A DNA stretch of 64,000 nucleotides from the IMG/VR virus record IMGVR_UViG_3300031133_000283; one strand, given 5' to 3'. The first letter of the stretch is position 1; every line of letters starts with the position of its first letter. Position numbers and translations under genes: made by a program. This document shows, in pieces, positions 1 through 9,634 of the stretch. The stretch is from an uncultured virus (IMG/VR IMGVR_UViG_3300031133_000283). Its lineage: Duplodnaviria > Heunggongvirae > Uroviricota > Caudoviricetes. The notes below the pieces were generated by a model. That model did no database searches. It saw nothing but the letters and a program-made list of their open reading frames with translations, and was not told the origin of the DNA.

Positions 1-42
1 AGTTGATGATACGCTTGATGTTGCCCTGAGTAAGAAAGACTA

Positions 43-1086
43 ATGATGACTGAACCTGCAAATGCGCTTATTCCACAAGTGAATGAACGAACGGTGTGGT
101 CATATATCATTACTGGATATGATATTGGCTATCTTATATGGCTTGAATCTATCGTAAAAAGTAAAGTTTTCTCGCTCCCATTTTCTTCTCGGCGGTTAGC
201 AAGAATCCATCAGACTGCGAATGATAAAAGCTTAGAAAGCCCTAGTGACAAACTTGCTTTGGCGACTGTTACTGGTGTTATAGGTGCGTTGGTAGCAGCA
301 ATTGCAGTTGTTACTGCAGATGCAACTGCAGCAACAACTTTCCATACTGAATTACCAACTTGGGTTAACGCTTTGGGTGGAACTACGATTATAGCGGCAG
401 GTACCTTAGGAATCAATCCTTATTTTTCTCATAAAAAGAATAAGTTCCAAGCTCTAGAAAACAAAATCGCTGAAAAGCTTACTACAAGTATTCAGCTTTG
501 GCTTTTTGCCCAGATGGACTATGAGGCAAAGATTTCTCATGAGACTTCTAAGAAGATTATCTTAGAGATGATTGGTAAAGCGCCTTTTATCAATTTTACA
601 GATGTAACTGGTGTCAAGTATATTCTTGCCCAGAATGAAAACAATGGTGGATATGAATTAACAGTTACTAAAAAAGCTGATAACAACAAATCTTCTATAA
701 AACATATCCCTAGGCTTTCAAAAGATGTTCGGAAAAATTTTGCTCTTCCTGCTACCATCCCAACGAAAGCTAATCAGCTCCGTGAACGTATTGAGTCTCG
801 TGTTGACATGTTATCAGGGTTTGCTTTGAACGTTGAAACTGAACATGCAGTTGCTCGCATCGCTTCGGACATGCGGGAAGCTTTACAGTCACACGAGAAA
901 CTTTATACGTTGACTTCTGGACGTAAAGGTGCAAAAAACCTTGTGAACGTGCTGACTATGTTGGATGGAGAGCTTTCTCATTTGATTGAGCAGGAGTCTG
1001 AGCAGGTTGTAAAAGAACTGGTCGTACAAGAGAATTATGTAAGTGCACGTCAGGGAAACGATTTGTCCCTGTCAGCAGGTAAATGA
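43..1086 (+). CDS. Membrane protein, paralog family A (2 TM + W-x-x-x-x-(R)Y/FxD domain + C-terminal XpaC/KlaA-like helical domain)
   Basis: Two hydrophobic segments, then QLWLF...FTDVTGVKYIL and a C-terminal ETEHAVARIASDMREAL...LVVQENYVSARQ shared with downstream ORFs. Confidence 0.75.
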   Translation: MMTEPANALIPQVNERTVWSYIITGYDIGYLIWLESIVKSKVFSLPFSSRRLARIHQTANDKSLESPSDKLALATVTGVIGALVAAIAVVTADATAATTFHTELPTWVNALGGTTIIAAGTLGINPYFSHKKNKFQALENKIAEKLTTSIQLWLFAQMDYEAKISHETSKKIILEMIGKAPFINFTDVTGVKYILAQNENNGGYELTVTKKADNNKSSIKHIPRLSKDVRKNFALPATIPTKANQLRERIESRVDMLSGFALNVETEHAVARIASDMREALQSHEKLYTLTSGRKGAKNLVNVLTMLDGELSHLIEQESEQVVKELVVQENYVSARQGNDLSLSAGK

Positions 1087-1721
1087 TGAAGGCCAAAGAT
1101 ATAGTTATGCATAAACAAATGAGTGATGTATCGCAAATTGCTGAAGAGTTCAAAATGTCTGAGGCGAGTATAAAAACGTGGTTATACACCATGAAATCTG
1201 GGAAAACCAGATTCAAGACAGTTGTACCTTTTGCGCGCTTAGATAAGATGAATGCAGCGGCAAATACAATGAGTGACGAGCGTGAATTCAATTTGAACGT
1301 TTTCTACGCTGCTATGGGAGTACTACTGGGTTTGATTGTAGACGGTATAACCGTATTTATTTTTGGGAAGTCTATTGATCGTATCTGGTTTCCTTCTACC
1401 TTGATTCTGCCAGGTCTTATTGGTAGCTTTGCTTGGATACCTTTTTACGCAATACATAGGAAGAAGAAGGTTAGGCTTCAAGAAGCAGTAATGAATGTTA
1501 CTGAAGATGCGTTGTTAGGTTGGTTGAAGTCTCGCTACAACGTGTCAGTTAATGACGCTGAGATAGATGCTCTTGTACACTTGATGACAGTAAAAATACC
1601 TGATGGCTTATTTAATGATACTTCTGGTAATACGTGGAGGTTGAAGTCAGAGAGAAATACTTCTGAGTATTCTTTGGAAGCTCACTGGCTTTTGTACAAG
1701 AGAATGAACACAGTAAGCTAA
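1083..1721 (+). CDS. Membrane protein, family A, lacking the C-terminal helical domain
   Basis: 2 TM, GWLKSRYNVSV, FNDTSGNTWRL, then stop; overlaps the end of the previous gene. Confidence 0.7.
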   Translation: MMKAKDIVMHKQMSDVSQIAEEFKMSEASIKTWLYTMKSGKTRFKTVVPFARLDKMNAAANTMSDEREFNLNVFYAAMGVLLGLIVDGITVFIFGKSIDRIWFPSTLILPGLIGSFAWIPFYAIHRKKKVRLQEAVMNVTEDALLGWLKSRYNVSVNDAEIDALVHLMTVKIPDGLFNDTSGNTWRLKSERNTSEYSLEAHWLLYKRMNTVS

Positions 1722-1759
1722 CACAGTTTTACTGAAATAATTTTGATGTGTAAATATGA

Positions 1760-2875
1760 TTGGAACATGCAGTAATGGCTGAATATAGCACCCGTGCAAT
1801 TGAACTTGCACAGCAACTTCGTGATAAGGCTGAACTGAATATAAGTCAGCGTTCAACAGCTGTTGTTACTGCTTATGATCCAATCATGAAAAAGCATAAA
1901 AAGCAACCTGTTGTTCCTGCTGAGGATGTTGCCTACTGGCATGAACGCATGGCTTCGGGGCGTGAACGCTTCACGCCAGTGGTAGAAAAGTATTTTGGAA
2001 GCGACGCTAAAGCGCAAACTACATCTTTGACTTTAGCAAATAGCTTTGGGTTGGGTACCTTTTTCGGAATGGTAGGATTGCCAATTAGTGCGATTGCAGC
2101 AACTGTGAGTGAGATTTATTTCAATACGGGAGCTGAAGCCTTTGTTCCTATTTTGGTAGGTTCTTTTATTGCTATTGGATTTGGTTGGCAACCTTTTTTT
2201 ATTACGAAAGCAAAGAAAGCCCAGTATTTTTATCAGCAATTACTCACCCATACAAGTCAAGGCTTAGTCAGTTGGATGCAAACAAGGTATGGACTTACCC
2301 TCTCGCATCAAGAAGCTAACGTAGTTGCAGACGCTGTTTTAGGTTTAGACCGTGAAATTACTTTCACTGATGCAGCTCAAAAAAGCTGGCTTTTGAAGTT
2401 AGATAAGAAATCTGAGGAATATCAGGTGGAAGAAATTCCAGCAGCTACTAAAAAGCTTACCAAGAGTAAAAAGAAGAAATCCCAGCAGTTGAGTCTTTCT
2501 AAAGATGTTACTTCCACTAAGTTTGTCGCCTTGCAAGGTGAAGCTGGAAAAGTGTTTACTCAAATTGAAACACATTTTAGCCAGCTGGCTCAGCTATCTT
2601 TACATGGTGAAAAAGCTCATGTTCTCACGCGAGTAACAGATGATGTGCGGGAAGTTATTAGCGCGTATGAGCGGTTGCAGGTTTTGAGTGCGGGAGCGGA
2701 TGGAGAGAAAGAGCTTGTCCGAGTACTGAACCTTTTAGATGATGAGTTAGTCCAAATTATTCAAGATGAGATTAGCATTGTACGTGGGGTCTTAGTTTCC
2801 CATGGTGATTATGTGCAAGCTCGTCAAAAGAACGGTTTACAACTTCCTGCATCCTCCCCAAATGCTCCTTTCTGA
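1760..2875 (+). CDS. Membrane protein, family A (start may be ATG 1775)
   Basis: 2 TM, SWMQTRYGLTL, FTDAAQKSWLL, C-terminal EKAHVLTRVTDDVRE...SHGDYVQARQ. Confidence 0.75.
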   Translation: MEHAVMAEYSTRAIELAQQLRDKAELNISQRSTAVVTAYDPIMKKHKKQPVVPAEDVAYWHERMASGRERFTPVVEKYFGSDAKAQTTSLTLANSFGLGTFFGMVGLPISAIAATVSEIYFNTGAEAFVPILVGSFIAIGFGWQPFFITKAKKAQYFYQQLLTHTSQGLVSWMQTRYGLTLSHQEANVVADAVLGLDREITFTDAAQKSWLLKLDKKSEEYQVEEIPAATKKLTKSKKKKSQQLSLSKDVTSTKFVALQGEAGKVFTQIETHFSQLAQLSLHGEKAHVLTRVTDDVREVISAYERLQVLSAGADGEKELVRVLNLLDDELVQIIQDEISIVRGVLVSHGDYVQARQKNGLQLPASSPNAPF

Positions 2876-2917
2876 ATAGAGGCCATCTGTTAGGAATCTT
2901 CTGTAAGGGAGAAGGAA

Positions 2918-3808
2918 TTGATGGTTGAGCCAGAACGTACTAAGCAGCATTTTAGTCCTGTTAAGCAAAAATGGATGCCTTGTGGAGCGCAGCAACGTGC
3001 TTGTCGATATGTGAATGAGCCGCATCGTTTTGTTGAGTCTTTGGTGAGTTCTTCTCCCGCGAAAACTGCTTCCTCGATCAAAACCTCAGAAGCTCTTGTA
3101 GAGGCAGAAACAGCCTTAGCTCCTCAGGTTGAGCGTGAGCGCAAGTCCTTTGTGAAAAACATGATGAGCTGGTTCTTTGGAGAAAACAAGTCTTCGCAAA
3201 TGAAAACCCTGAAAGCTCAGGAGACTCCTGCTCCTGTTATTGAATCAGTCCCTGAACCTGTTTCAGAACAAGTGTCTAAAATTGACGATACGCCATCTGC
3301 GGTTGAAACAAAACAAGACCAGGAAATCGGAAAAGTTGTTGAGAAAAATGGACGGCTTGAAGTCTTATCGCAGGATGATTACACTGGCAGTATTGGCACA
3401 AGCATTTACACCTTTGGTAATTTCACTTCTTTAGAAGAAGCGCGACAGCTCCAAGAAGCTGACCCTATCAAGCAGTTCCAAAATGGTGAATGTGGGTCAT
3501 TAGCAGGAGAGCTGTGGAACCGTAATCCTCATGTTGTAGATTTTTGTATCTTCTCATATCCTGGTGACCCTGTTGAAGGTATTCATATGTTTGCTAAGTT
3601 AAAAGATGGAACGTATGCGGATAGTTTAGGTATTTGGTCAGAGAAAGAGTTTACTGATTACTGGAAGACGATTCAATCTGATGTTAAGTTGGAAAGTTTT
3701 GACGATGGTGAACCTGTGCCTGAGAAAGATGAGCATTACGATATTCAGAATCAACAATTATACGACATTGTAAATGGAATGATTAACCGTCGCTTTGCTC
3801 CGAAGTAA
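2918..3808 (+). CDS. Protein with an N-terminal H-x-S-P...C-x-A-x4-C motif and a C-terminal papain/transglutaminase-like Cys-His-Asp domain
   Basis: HFSPVKQKWMPCGAQQRACRY; low-complexity linker; GECGSLAGEL...IHMF...YADSLG. Confidence 0.55.
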   Translation: MMVEPERTKQHFSPVKQKWMPCGAQQRACRYVNEPHRFVESLVSSSPAKTASSIKTSEALVEAETALAPQVERERKSFVKNMMSWFFGENKSSQMKTLKAQETPAPVIESVPEPVSEQVSKIDDTPSAVETKQDQEIGKVVEKNGRLEVLSQDDYTGSIGTSIYTFGNFTSLEEARQLQEADPIKQFQNGECGSLAGELWNRNPHVVDFCIFSYPGDPVEGIHMFAKLKDGTYADSLGIWSEKEFTDYWKTIQSDVKLESFDDGEPVPEKDEHYDIQNQQLYDIVNGMINRRFAPK

Positions 3809-3886
3809 GAAACCTGCTAAGAGCTTGTTCTCTTGTCAGAGATAACTGAGATAGCTCCCCCACCTACAAATCTGAAAGTTAACACT

Positions 3887-4300
3887 ATGCCTAATCCATA
3901 TCATAAAGCCAATGGCGAATTTGCTTCTCGTAATGAACTGTCTGATTCAGTAGATAATGCTGTTGCATGCAATGATGCCCACACGTATCTGACAGAACGA
4001 TCAGTCCTTGAAGCGCCTGCTGATAAGAGAGCTCGTGACGAGTTCTTCATGTCAAATGATTCCACTAATAAAGATGATGATGAACTACCGGTGCATGATG
4101 TTCTGTTGCCCAGCTCTACAAGCGATTCTCAAGGCCTTACAGACGTAGAACGAGAGAATGTTCGCAAGGACACTGTTGAAGCGGAGGAAGCCCAGCAGAA
4201 GGCTAATGAGCATGCTCAGCAGGCGCAGCAACAGGTGATTACCACTACTGCGACCGTGCAAGAACCTGAGGTTGAAGAAGAATGGGAAATGTCCTGGTAA
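3887..4300 (+). CDS. Acidic hypothetical protein with an N-terminal NPYHxxxGxF motif
   Basis: ATG 3887 is in frame with the track ORF 3833..4300 and gives MPNPYHKANGEFAS; followed by a long hairpin. Confidence 0.6.
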   Translation: MPNPYHKANGEFASRNELSDSVDNAVACNDAHTYLTERSVLEAPADKRARDEFFMSNDSTNKDDDELPVHDVLLPSSTSDSQGLTDVERENVRKDTVEAEEAQQKANEHAQQAQQQVITTTATVQEPEVEEEWEMSW

Positions 4301-4352
4301 ATACAGTACAGGAGCGTCTGGTCAGGTTATCAACACCTGCATGAACAAGAAT

Positions 4353-4390
4353 ATGAATATCTCCTTATCCCCGGATAAGGAGATATTCAT
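4353..4390 (+). terminator. Perfect 18-bp inverted repeat, probable terminator
   Basis: atgaatatctccttatcc-cc-ggataaggagatattcat; no U-tract. Confidence 0.65.
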
Positions 4391-4417
4391 TAAAGGGTGG
4401 TATTCAGAAGAGATTTC

Positions 4418-4426
4418 TGATAAGAT
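4418..4426 (+). promoter_or_regulatory. Extended -10 promoter giving a probable leaderless mRNA
   Basis: TG-a-TAAGAT, with ATG 4433 six nt downstream. Confidence 0.5.
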
Positions 4427-4432
4427 GAAGGT

Positions 4433-5503
4433 ATGAACGACTCTCAAATTACTGATCTGGTAGCTGTCTCTAAAAACATCAGCTCAAAAGAGCTTGCTTT
4501 TAGGGCAGAAGCGCAAAACTGGTTGAATAGGATGAGTCTGGGATTTGAGCCTTTCAGACCTCTTATTACTTCCAATCAATCACAATCATTAATAAAAAGA
4601 ACTCACTTTATGGGCGCGCTTGCTCTCTGGACCTATCCGAGCGCACCCGTAGGTGCGGCTGCAGGGTTAGCTACTTTTGTGCAAACAGGAAAAGAATTCT
4701 TCTTAGCTGAACCTGGTTTAGTTGTTTTGGGCTTAGCGGGATTTATTGCAGGCGCTGTTACTCTGATCGGTGTCCCTTTGGGTAAGCTAACTCAACATAA
4801 GAGTAATAAGAAATATACAGAGGTGTATCTTATTACGAGACGAGGCTTGAAGAACTGGTTGAAAGCTCGTTATGACATTGAAGTATCCAAGGGGCAGCTT
4901 GACAAGCTGATGGACTACCCGAGTATTCATGCGAATGTATACGGAGAGGACACTTCCAGCTACGGAATACAGTTCGTTGATGTCGATGGCTTGAAATTGG
5001 TTCTGAATACGAATGAAAATAATTCAGAAGGCTGGAATGTTACCGCTTACAAAGAGGATAAAGTAGAAGAACCGATTGAGGCGGAACGAGTCTCATCGTT
5101 AGAAGAACTCACTACGAAGGTTGTTCTACCTGGGGAAGCTAACACCATCTTTGGAAGTATCAGTAATCGAGTCTCTCAGCTTGAACAGTATAGTTTAGAA
5201 ACAGAAGCTTCTCATAATATTCTTCGTATTGTTCAGGATGCTCGTGAAGCAGTAGCTACATACAGCAAACTGGAAGTTCTGGGCGAAGCTGAAACTGGGT
5301 TGACTGATTTGGTAGAAGTTCTTTCCATTCTCAATGAGGAGCTTTTGGCCATTGTTCGCAAAGAAGCATCTGATGTGCGGAACGATTTGTTAGTACAGAA
5401 AAGCTATCTTCGTTCTCGCCAGTTGGAATCCGGGCTGTATCCAAAACTTGGTTTACAGTTGAATGCACGTGAGGTAGAGAAAACTGAGGTTGCACATGAC
5501 TGA
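4433..5503 (+). CDS. Membrane protein, family A
   Basis: 2 TM, NWLKARYDIEV, FVDVDGLKLVL, EASHNILRIVQDAREA...LLVQKSYLRSRQ. Confidence 0.75.
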   Translation: MNDSQITDLVAVSKNISSKELAFRAEAQNWLNRMSLGFEPFRPLITSNQSQSLIKRTHFMGALALWTYPSAPVGAAAGLATFVQTGKEFFLAEPGLVVLGLAGFIAGAVTLIGVPLGKLTQHKSNKKYTEVYLITRRGLKNWLKARYDIEVSKGQLDKLMDYPSIHANVYGEDTSSYGIQFVDVDGLKLVLNTNENNSEGWNVTAYKEDKVEEPIEAERVSSLEELTTKVVLPGEANTIFGSISNRVSQLEQYSLETEASHNILRIVQDAREAVATYSKLEVLGEAETGLTDLVEVLSILNEELLAIVRKEASDVRNDLLVQKSYLRSRQLESGLYPKLGLQLNAREVEKTEVAHD

Positions 5504-6548
5504 GTTAGCACCAAATAACATTGCTGAGAGGGAGAAGCGACAGAATGCTCTTATTGAACAAATTATTGAACTTACTTCTACGAGTGACAACGTGGAACGG
5601 CTCGGTAAAGGTGCTTACGCACTCGACATAGTAAATAAAGAGCAATGGCTGAAAACTGTTGAAAATCAATCAAATTTTACTCCCATTATTTTACCTGAAC
5701 GCACTATCAAGCTTGCTGACAGTGAAAATAAATATATGGAAAGAATCGTAACAACAGCTGTCCTAACAGGTCTCACAGGTTTGTTTGGTACTTTTATTAG
5801 CTCGACAGTATTTATCCCTCATGAATCTTTGGGCTTAGTATATGCTTTTGTCGGTTCACCAATTGTAGGGGTTCTCTCTTTCTTTGGAATTTGTCTTCCA
5901 GCAGGGCGCTTTAGCGATAGGACTGCTATCCTCTACGGAGTAATCAATATTGTTGCACAAGGCTTCCAAAAATGGGCATTGACACAGCATCAATTAAATT
6001 TGTCAATAGAAGAAGCCCAACAAGTTGTCACGAAGTTACTCTACTCTGGTTCTCGTATTGAGGCAGACTGTGTAATTGAGAGAGAAAATCAAAACTACGT
6101 ATTTTACTGGGACAAGGATAATAAAAATGTCAAGTGTGTAAAATCAAAACGGCACACTCAATCTTCTCCTAACTTACATGCTCCTGTGTTAGAAACAGTA
6201 GAAACGAAGGAACCCATAGCTTTACCTTCTGATATCCAATCAGCTTATTCGGCTGTGCTTACAGACACAAACCTGCTCACTGCAACAGATTGGGCTGATG
6301 AAGCGAATCATATTAGTGACCAACTTAAAACAGCAGCGAATGACTACCGTAAAATTGCTCACCTGGATGATGAAGGGTTAGCCGCGCAGAAACTGATGAC
6401 AGTTGTATCCTTACTACAGGATGATGTGAAATCTGTGAAACGCAAAGTTCTTGAAGCTGGTTTAGCTGATTTGGATATTCATCAAGAGTATCTTATTGCC
6501 CGACAGAAGCTTCAAGGAACTGCGCATCCTATTCAACTTGAAAACTGA
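5496..6548 (+). CDS. Membrane protein, family A (divergent)
   Basis: ATG 5496 after gaggt; 2 TM; KWALTQHQL; C-terminal EANHISDQLKTAANDY...LDIHQEYLIARQ. Confidence 0.7.
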   Translation: MTELAPNNIAEREKRQNALIEQIIELTSTSDNVERLGKGAYALDIVNKEQWLKTVENQSNFTPIILPERTIKLADSENKYMERIVTTAVLTGLTGLFGTFISSTVFIPHESLGLVYAFVGSPIVGVLSFFGICLPAGRFSDRTAILYGVINIVAQGFQKWALTQHQLNLSIEEAQQVVTKLLYSGSRIEADCVIERENQNYVFYWDKDNKNVKCVKSKRHTQSSPNLHAPVLETVETKEPIALPSDIQSAYSAVLTDTNLLTATDWADEANHISDQLKTAANDYRKIAHLDDEGLAAQKLMTVVSLLQDDVKSVKRKVLEAGLADLDIHQEYLIARQKLQGTAHPIQLEN

Positions 6549-6623
6549 GTTTCTGTAAGCTCTTACTTGTAAATCTTGTCGAAGAACTGATAAGACTTAT
6601 ATACACTACGAGCAGGAGGATGC

Positions 6624-7070
6624 ATGGGTGTGCGTAATAGATATAAAACTGGTATAGCGTTAGTAGCAGCTCTAAGTATTATGGCTATGCTATCTGGATG
6701 TACTCCTGGAAAAGGTTTAACTCCGCTACCAGATAAAGAACGATATCAGTTTATCAATGAAGTCAAAGATGATTTGGATTACAAGTCTGCTGGAAAAGTT
6801 GTTTCTGAACGCTATGATAATAATGATGGTGTTTTTAACCCATCATTTTTTGTTGTGGAGTTACAGGGTGCTAAAAGCTTTGATAAGCTCTCGCAAAAAG
6901 TTAAAAAACTCTCTAATAATAAATGCCATTCTTCTCCTCGGCCTGCTACTGGGGAACAAACCTGGTGCACGATTGGGCAAGTTAGTGTAAAAGTTTTTAG
7001 AGAGAATGTTCAAACTGACAATGTTAGATTGAGCATATCTGATTCTTTGAGTGGAAGAGTGAGCGACTAA
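6624..7070 (+). CDS. Putative lipoprotein
   Basis: SD aggagg; basic N-terminus, hydrophobic stretch and lipobox LSGC. Confidence 0.7.
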   Translation: MGVRNRYKTGIALVAALSIMAMLSGCTPGKGLTPLPDKERYQFINEVKDDLDYKSAGKVVSERYDNNDGVFNPSFFVVELQGAKSFDKLSQKVKKLSNNKCHSSPRPATGEQTWCTIGQVSVKVFRENVQTDNVRLSISDSLSGRVSD

Positions 7071-7082
7071 CTGAATAATGTC

Positions 7083-7121
7083 AAAAGCGGGCAATGCTTT
7101 CCTGATGCATTGCCCGCTTTT
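7083..7121 (+). terminator. Intrinsic terminator
   Basis: aaaagcgggcaatgc / gcattgcccgctttt, 15-bp stem. Confidence 0.75.
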
Positions 7122-7184
7122 ATGGTATCTTGTACTCATGATGAAACTATTCAATAATAGTAACCGAGAGGATCGACTTTCCTG

Positions 7185-8300
7185 ATGGGTTCTGAGATTC
7201 AGAAGAAAGATTTCACTTTAGGTGAGCTTGTCATCCCTAAAAATCAGTTACATCTGCGAAACTCAACGAACAACCTTCTTCAATCAGATGTTGCTGGGTG
7301 GTTTGAAAAAGTAAAAGCAGGTGGAGAGAACTTCCCTCGACTCATTCCTAATAAAAATGATCGTAACGCTTACGCAGCTTTTGTAAACAAATGGGATAGA
7401 GGCAAAGCTCTTGGCTGGGGTTGGGGAACTGGTATCGGTCTCAATTTCGGTAGTATGGTTACAACCTTAGTTATCCCTGGCGCGTTTTTATCCACAGCTG
7501 GCGGTATCGCTACTGGAATTGCAGTGGCTGTCTCTATCGGAAGCGGTATTTGGATGTACGCTGATTTTCTTTCAGCTAAGGGACCGCTTTTAGGTAAACG
7601 TCGTGAAGCTGCTCTGGATTCAATTGAACAGGTTAGTATTTTACAAGCTGAGGGGTTGCGGCTGTGGCTGAAAGCTCGTTACGGTTTGACTGTTACCCCA
7701 GAAGCGCTCTTCAAAATCGGGGATGTTTTGTTATCTCATATGGATGAGGATGTTCGTCTCAGTTTCCGGGATACAAGTGGTAAACTTTGGATTTTTAATC
7801 AAGCTGCCCAGGGTAAAGAACACTTGGTCGAATCTACCAAGGCGAAAGAACTTGGGGCTTCTGCTGCACCTGTGCCTAAACCTACTCCTAAACCTATTCC
7901 CGCGGCTATTGTCGTTCCGAAGCCTGCAAAACCAAAACCCCTGCCTCCTGTGAAAACACGAGTGGATAAAGCTTTTGATGAACTGGTTGACCTTATTGGC
8001 CAGTTAGATCAGGATACGGTGGAAAGCGCCCATGCTGTTCAACGGCTGTTTGAAGATGCTCAGGATGCTACAAAACAGTATAAGAAGCTTGCTACCAGCA
8101 AAGTTTCTTTTGAAGCTGAGAAGACAGCGTTACATATTCTTGATATGCTGAACAGAGAAGCAAACATTCTTCTGGATGAGCAGCTGAATACTGAGGTAAA
8201 GAAGTTGCACACACAAGGGAGTTATATCGCAACTCGTCAGCAGTTTGCTGGTATCCAGAATAACATACCATTGGATAAGACTTTTCACGCTGAGATGTAA
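7185..8300 (+). CDS. Membrane protein, family A, with Pro/Lys-rich linker
   Basis: LWLKARYGLTV, FRDTSGKLWIF, PVPKPTPKP linker, ESAHAVQRLFEDAQDA...TQGSYIATRQ. Confidence 0.75.
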   Translation: MGSEIQKKDFTLGELVIPKNQLHLRNSTNNLLQSDVAGWFEKVKAGGENFPRLIPNKNDRNAYAAFVNKWDRGKALGWGWGTGIGLNFGSMVTTLVIPGAFLSTAGGIATGIAVAVSIGSGIWMYADFLSAKGPLLGKRREAALDSIEQVSILQAEGLRLWLKARYGLTVTPEALFKIGDVLLSHMDEDVRLSFRDTSGKLWIFNQAAQGKEHLVESTKAKELGASAAPVPKPTPKPIPAAIVVPKPAKPKPLPPVKTRVDKAFDELVDLIGQLDQDTVESAHAVQRLFEDAQDATKQYKKLATSKVSFEAEKTALHILDMLNREANILLDEQLNTEVKKLHTQGSYIATRQQFAGIQNNIPLDKTFHAEM

Positions 8301-8332
8301 GCTCAACAAGAACTATATTTCTGCGCTGTTTT

Positions 8333-9634
8333 GTGGTACCCTTGCAAGAACAACGCTTATCAAAGGATGAAATTTTGAGCACAGAGCTTGATCGGTTAGA
8401 CCAGAAAGTAACTTCTCTTACTGGTACGCTCAATGATGCCAAAACCATTCAGGAATGGACTGATCGCACTATTGATGGGAGCACTCTACTCTCACCTGGA
8501 ACAGATCAAGATATTGTTCCGTATGTAAAAGCTTCTTATAATTTTCGACGGAACCCTCATACAACAATTCCATTCCTGTTAGGTGGAGGTATTGGGATAT
8601 ATACTTACATGGTATTGGGAATCAATTATCTGGAAATGATACTGTTGACACTCGGAGTTTGCATTTCCTCAGGTTCTTTACTGCAATCATTTTTCTGGTC
8701 ACGTTCAGATGCAAAAAAACAGCAAAAAACTCTGGAGGCAAACCTTGAGAACGTTGTAGATGGATGGCTATATGAGCGATACAAGTTGCAGGTATCTCCT
8801 TTTACGAAAAAGAAAATTATTCGTAACCTGTTGGCGTACGACGCTAGAACATTCAAGTTTAAAGCTTTGGGTTCTGTTACTGCTCGTATGAGCTGTAACA
8901 AAAGAGGCTGGTTTGTACATGACATTAAATCTGGTAGCATTCTTGTTCCATCAGTTGATGATAACTTGGTCCGATTTGCTCTACGAAAATATGAGAGCTA
9001 TCAGAAGGTTCAGGAGAGTCGTTATAACCGTGAGCTTATTGTGCAGAAAGCAAAACAGCGTCAAGAAAAAGAACAAATGATTCGTGATGGTCTTGCAAAA
9101 GCTGAGGCGTATGCGAAAAACAACAAGAAGCCTGCTGTTCGGAGCTATGAGGACAAAAATAAGCAGGATGAAACTCTGCGCTCATATCAGCAAGCGCGAA
9201 TCGATGAACTAACTCACCGTAATCATGAGCTAACAAAGCGACTACACGAAACGACTCCTCCTAAATCTCCTGCCAAAGACGTTGCTACAACGGAGAAAGC
9301 TTTACCAGCAAAGGTTGCTTCTGCGCTTAATGCCTTGCAGAAGCGTCTGAGTGTTCTAACGGAGCTGCAGTTGGATACTGAGTCAACTCATGTCATGGAA
9401 CGCATTCAGAACGAATCAAAGGATGCCGTGGATGTTTTCAAGCAATTGCAAAGACTGAACCGTGAGACGCAAGCAATTGCCGAAGTCCTTGCAGTGCTGA
9501 ATGGCTTAGTGTCTGATGCTGACATGCTTTTGGATAATGAGGCAAACAAGCTGAAAAACAAACTCGTCACTTCGGAAACTTTTTTGAAAGCGACTCGTAA
9601 CTCTGCACTACGTTTGGAGAAGCCTTCTCAATGA
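8333..9634 (+). CDS. Membrane protein, family A, with extra coiled coil
   Basis: 2 TM, GWLYERYKLQV, LDTESTHVMERIQNESKDA...TSETFLKATR. Confidence 0.72.
   Translation: MVPLQEQRLSKDEILSTELDRLDQKVTSLTGTLNDAKTIQEWTDRTIDGSTLLSPGTDQDIVPYVKASYNFRRNPHTTIPFLLGGGIGIYTYMVLGINYLEMILLTLGVCISSGSLLQSFFWSRSDAKKQQKTLEANLENVVDGWLYERYKLQVSPFTKKKIIRNLLAYDARTFKFKALGSVTARMSCNKRGWFVHDIKSGSILVPSVDDNLVRFALRKYESYQKVQESRYNRELIVQKAKQRQEKEQMIRDGLAKAEAYAKNNKKPAVRSYEDKNKQDETLRSYQQARIDELTHRNHELTKRLHETTPPKSPAKDVATTEKALPAKVASALNALQKRLSVLTELQLDTESTHVMERIQNESKDAVDVFKQLQRLNRETQAIAEVLAVLNGLVSDADMLLDNEANKLKNKLVTSETFLKATRNSALRLEKPSQ

Noticed and set aside
7534..7540. CTATCGG (minus-strand CCGATAG) here and at 42429
   Set aside because: Inside coding sequence and antisense to it; treated as background for the motif
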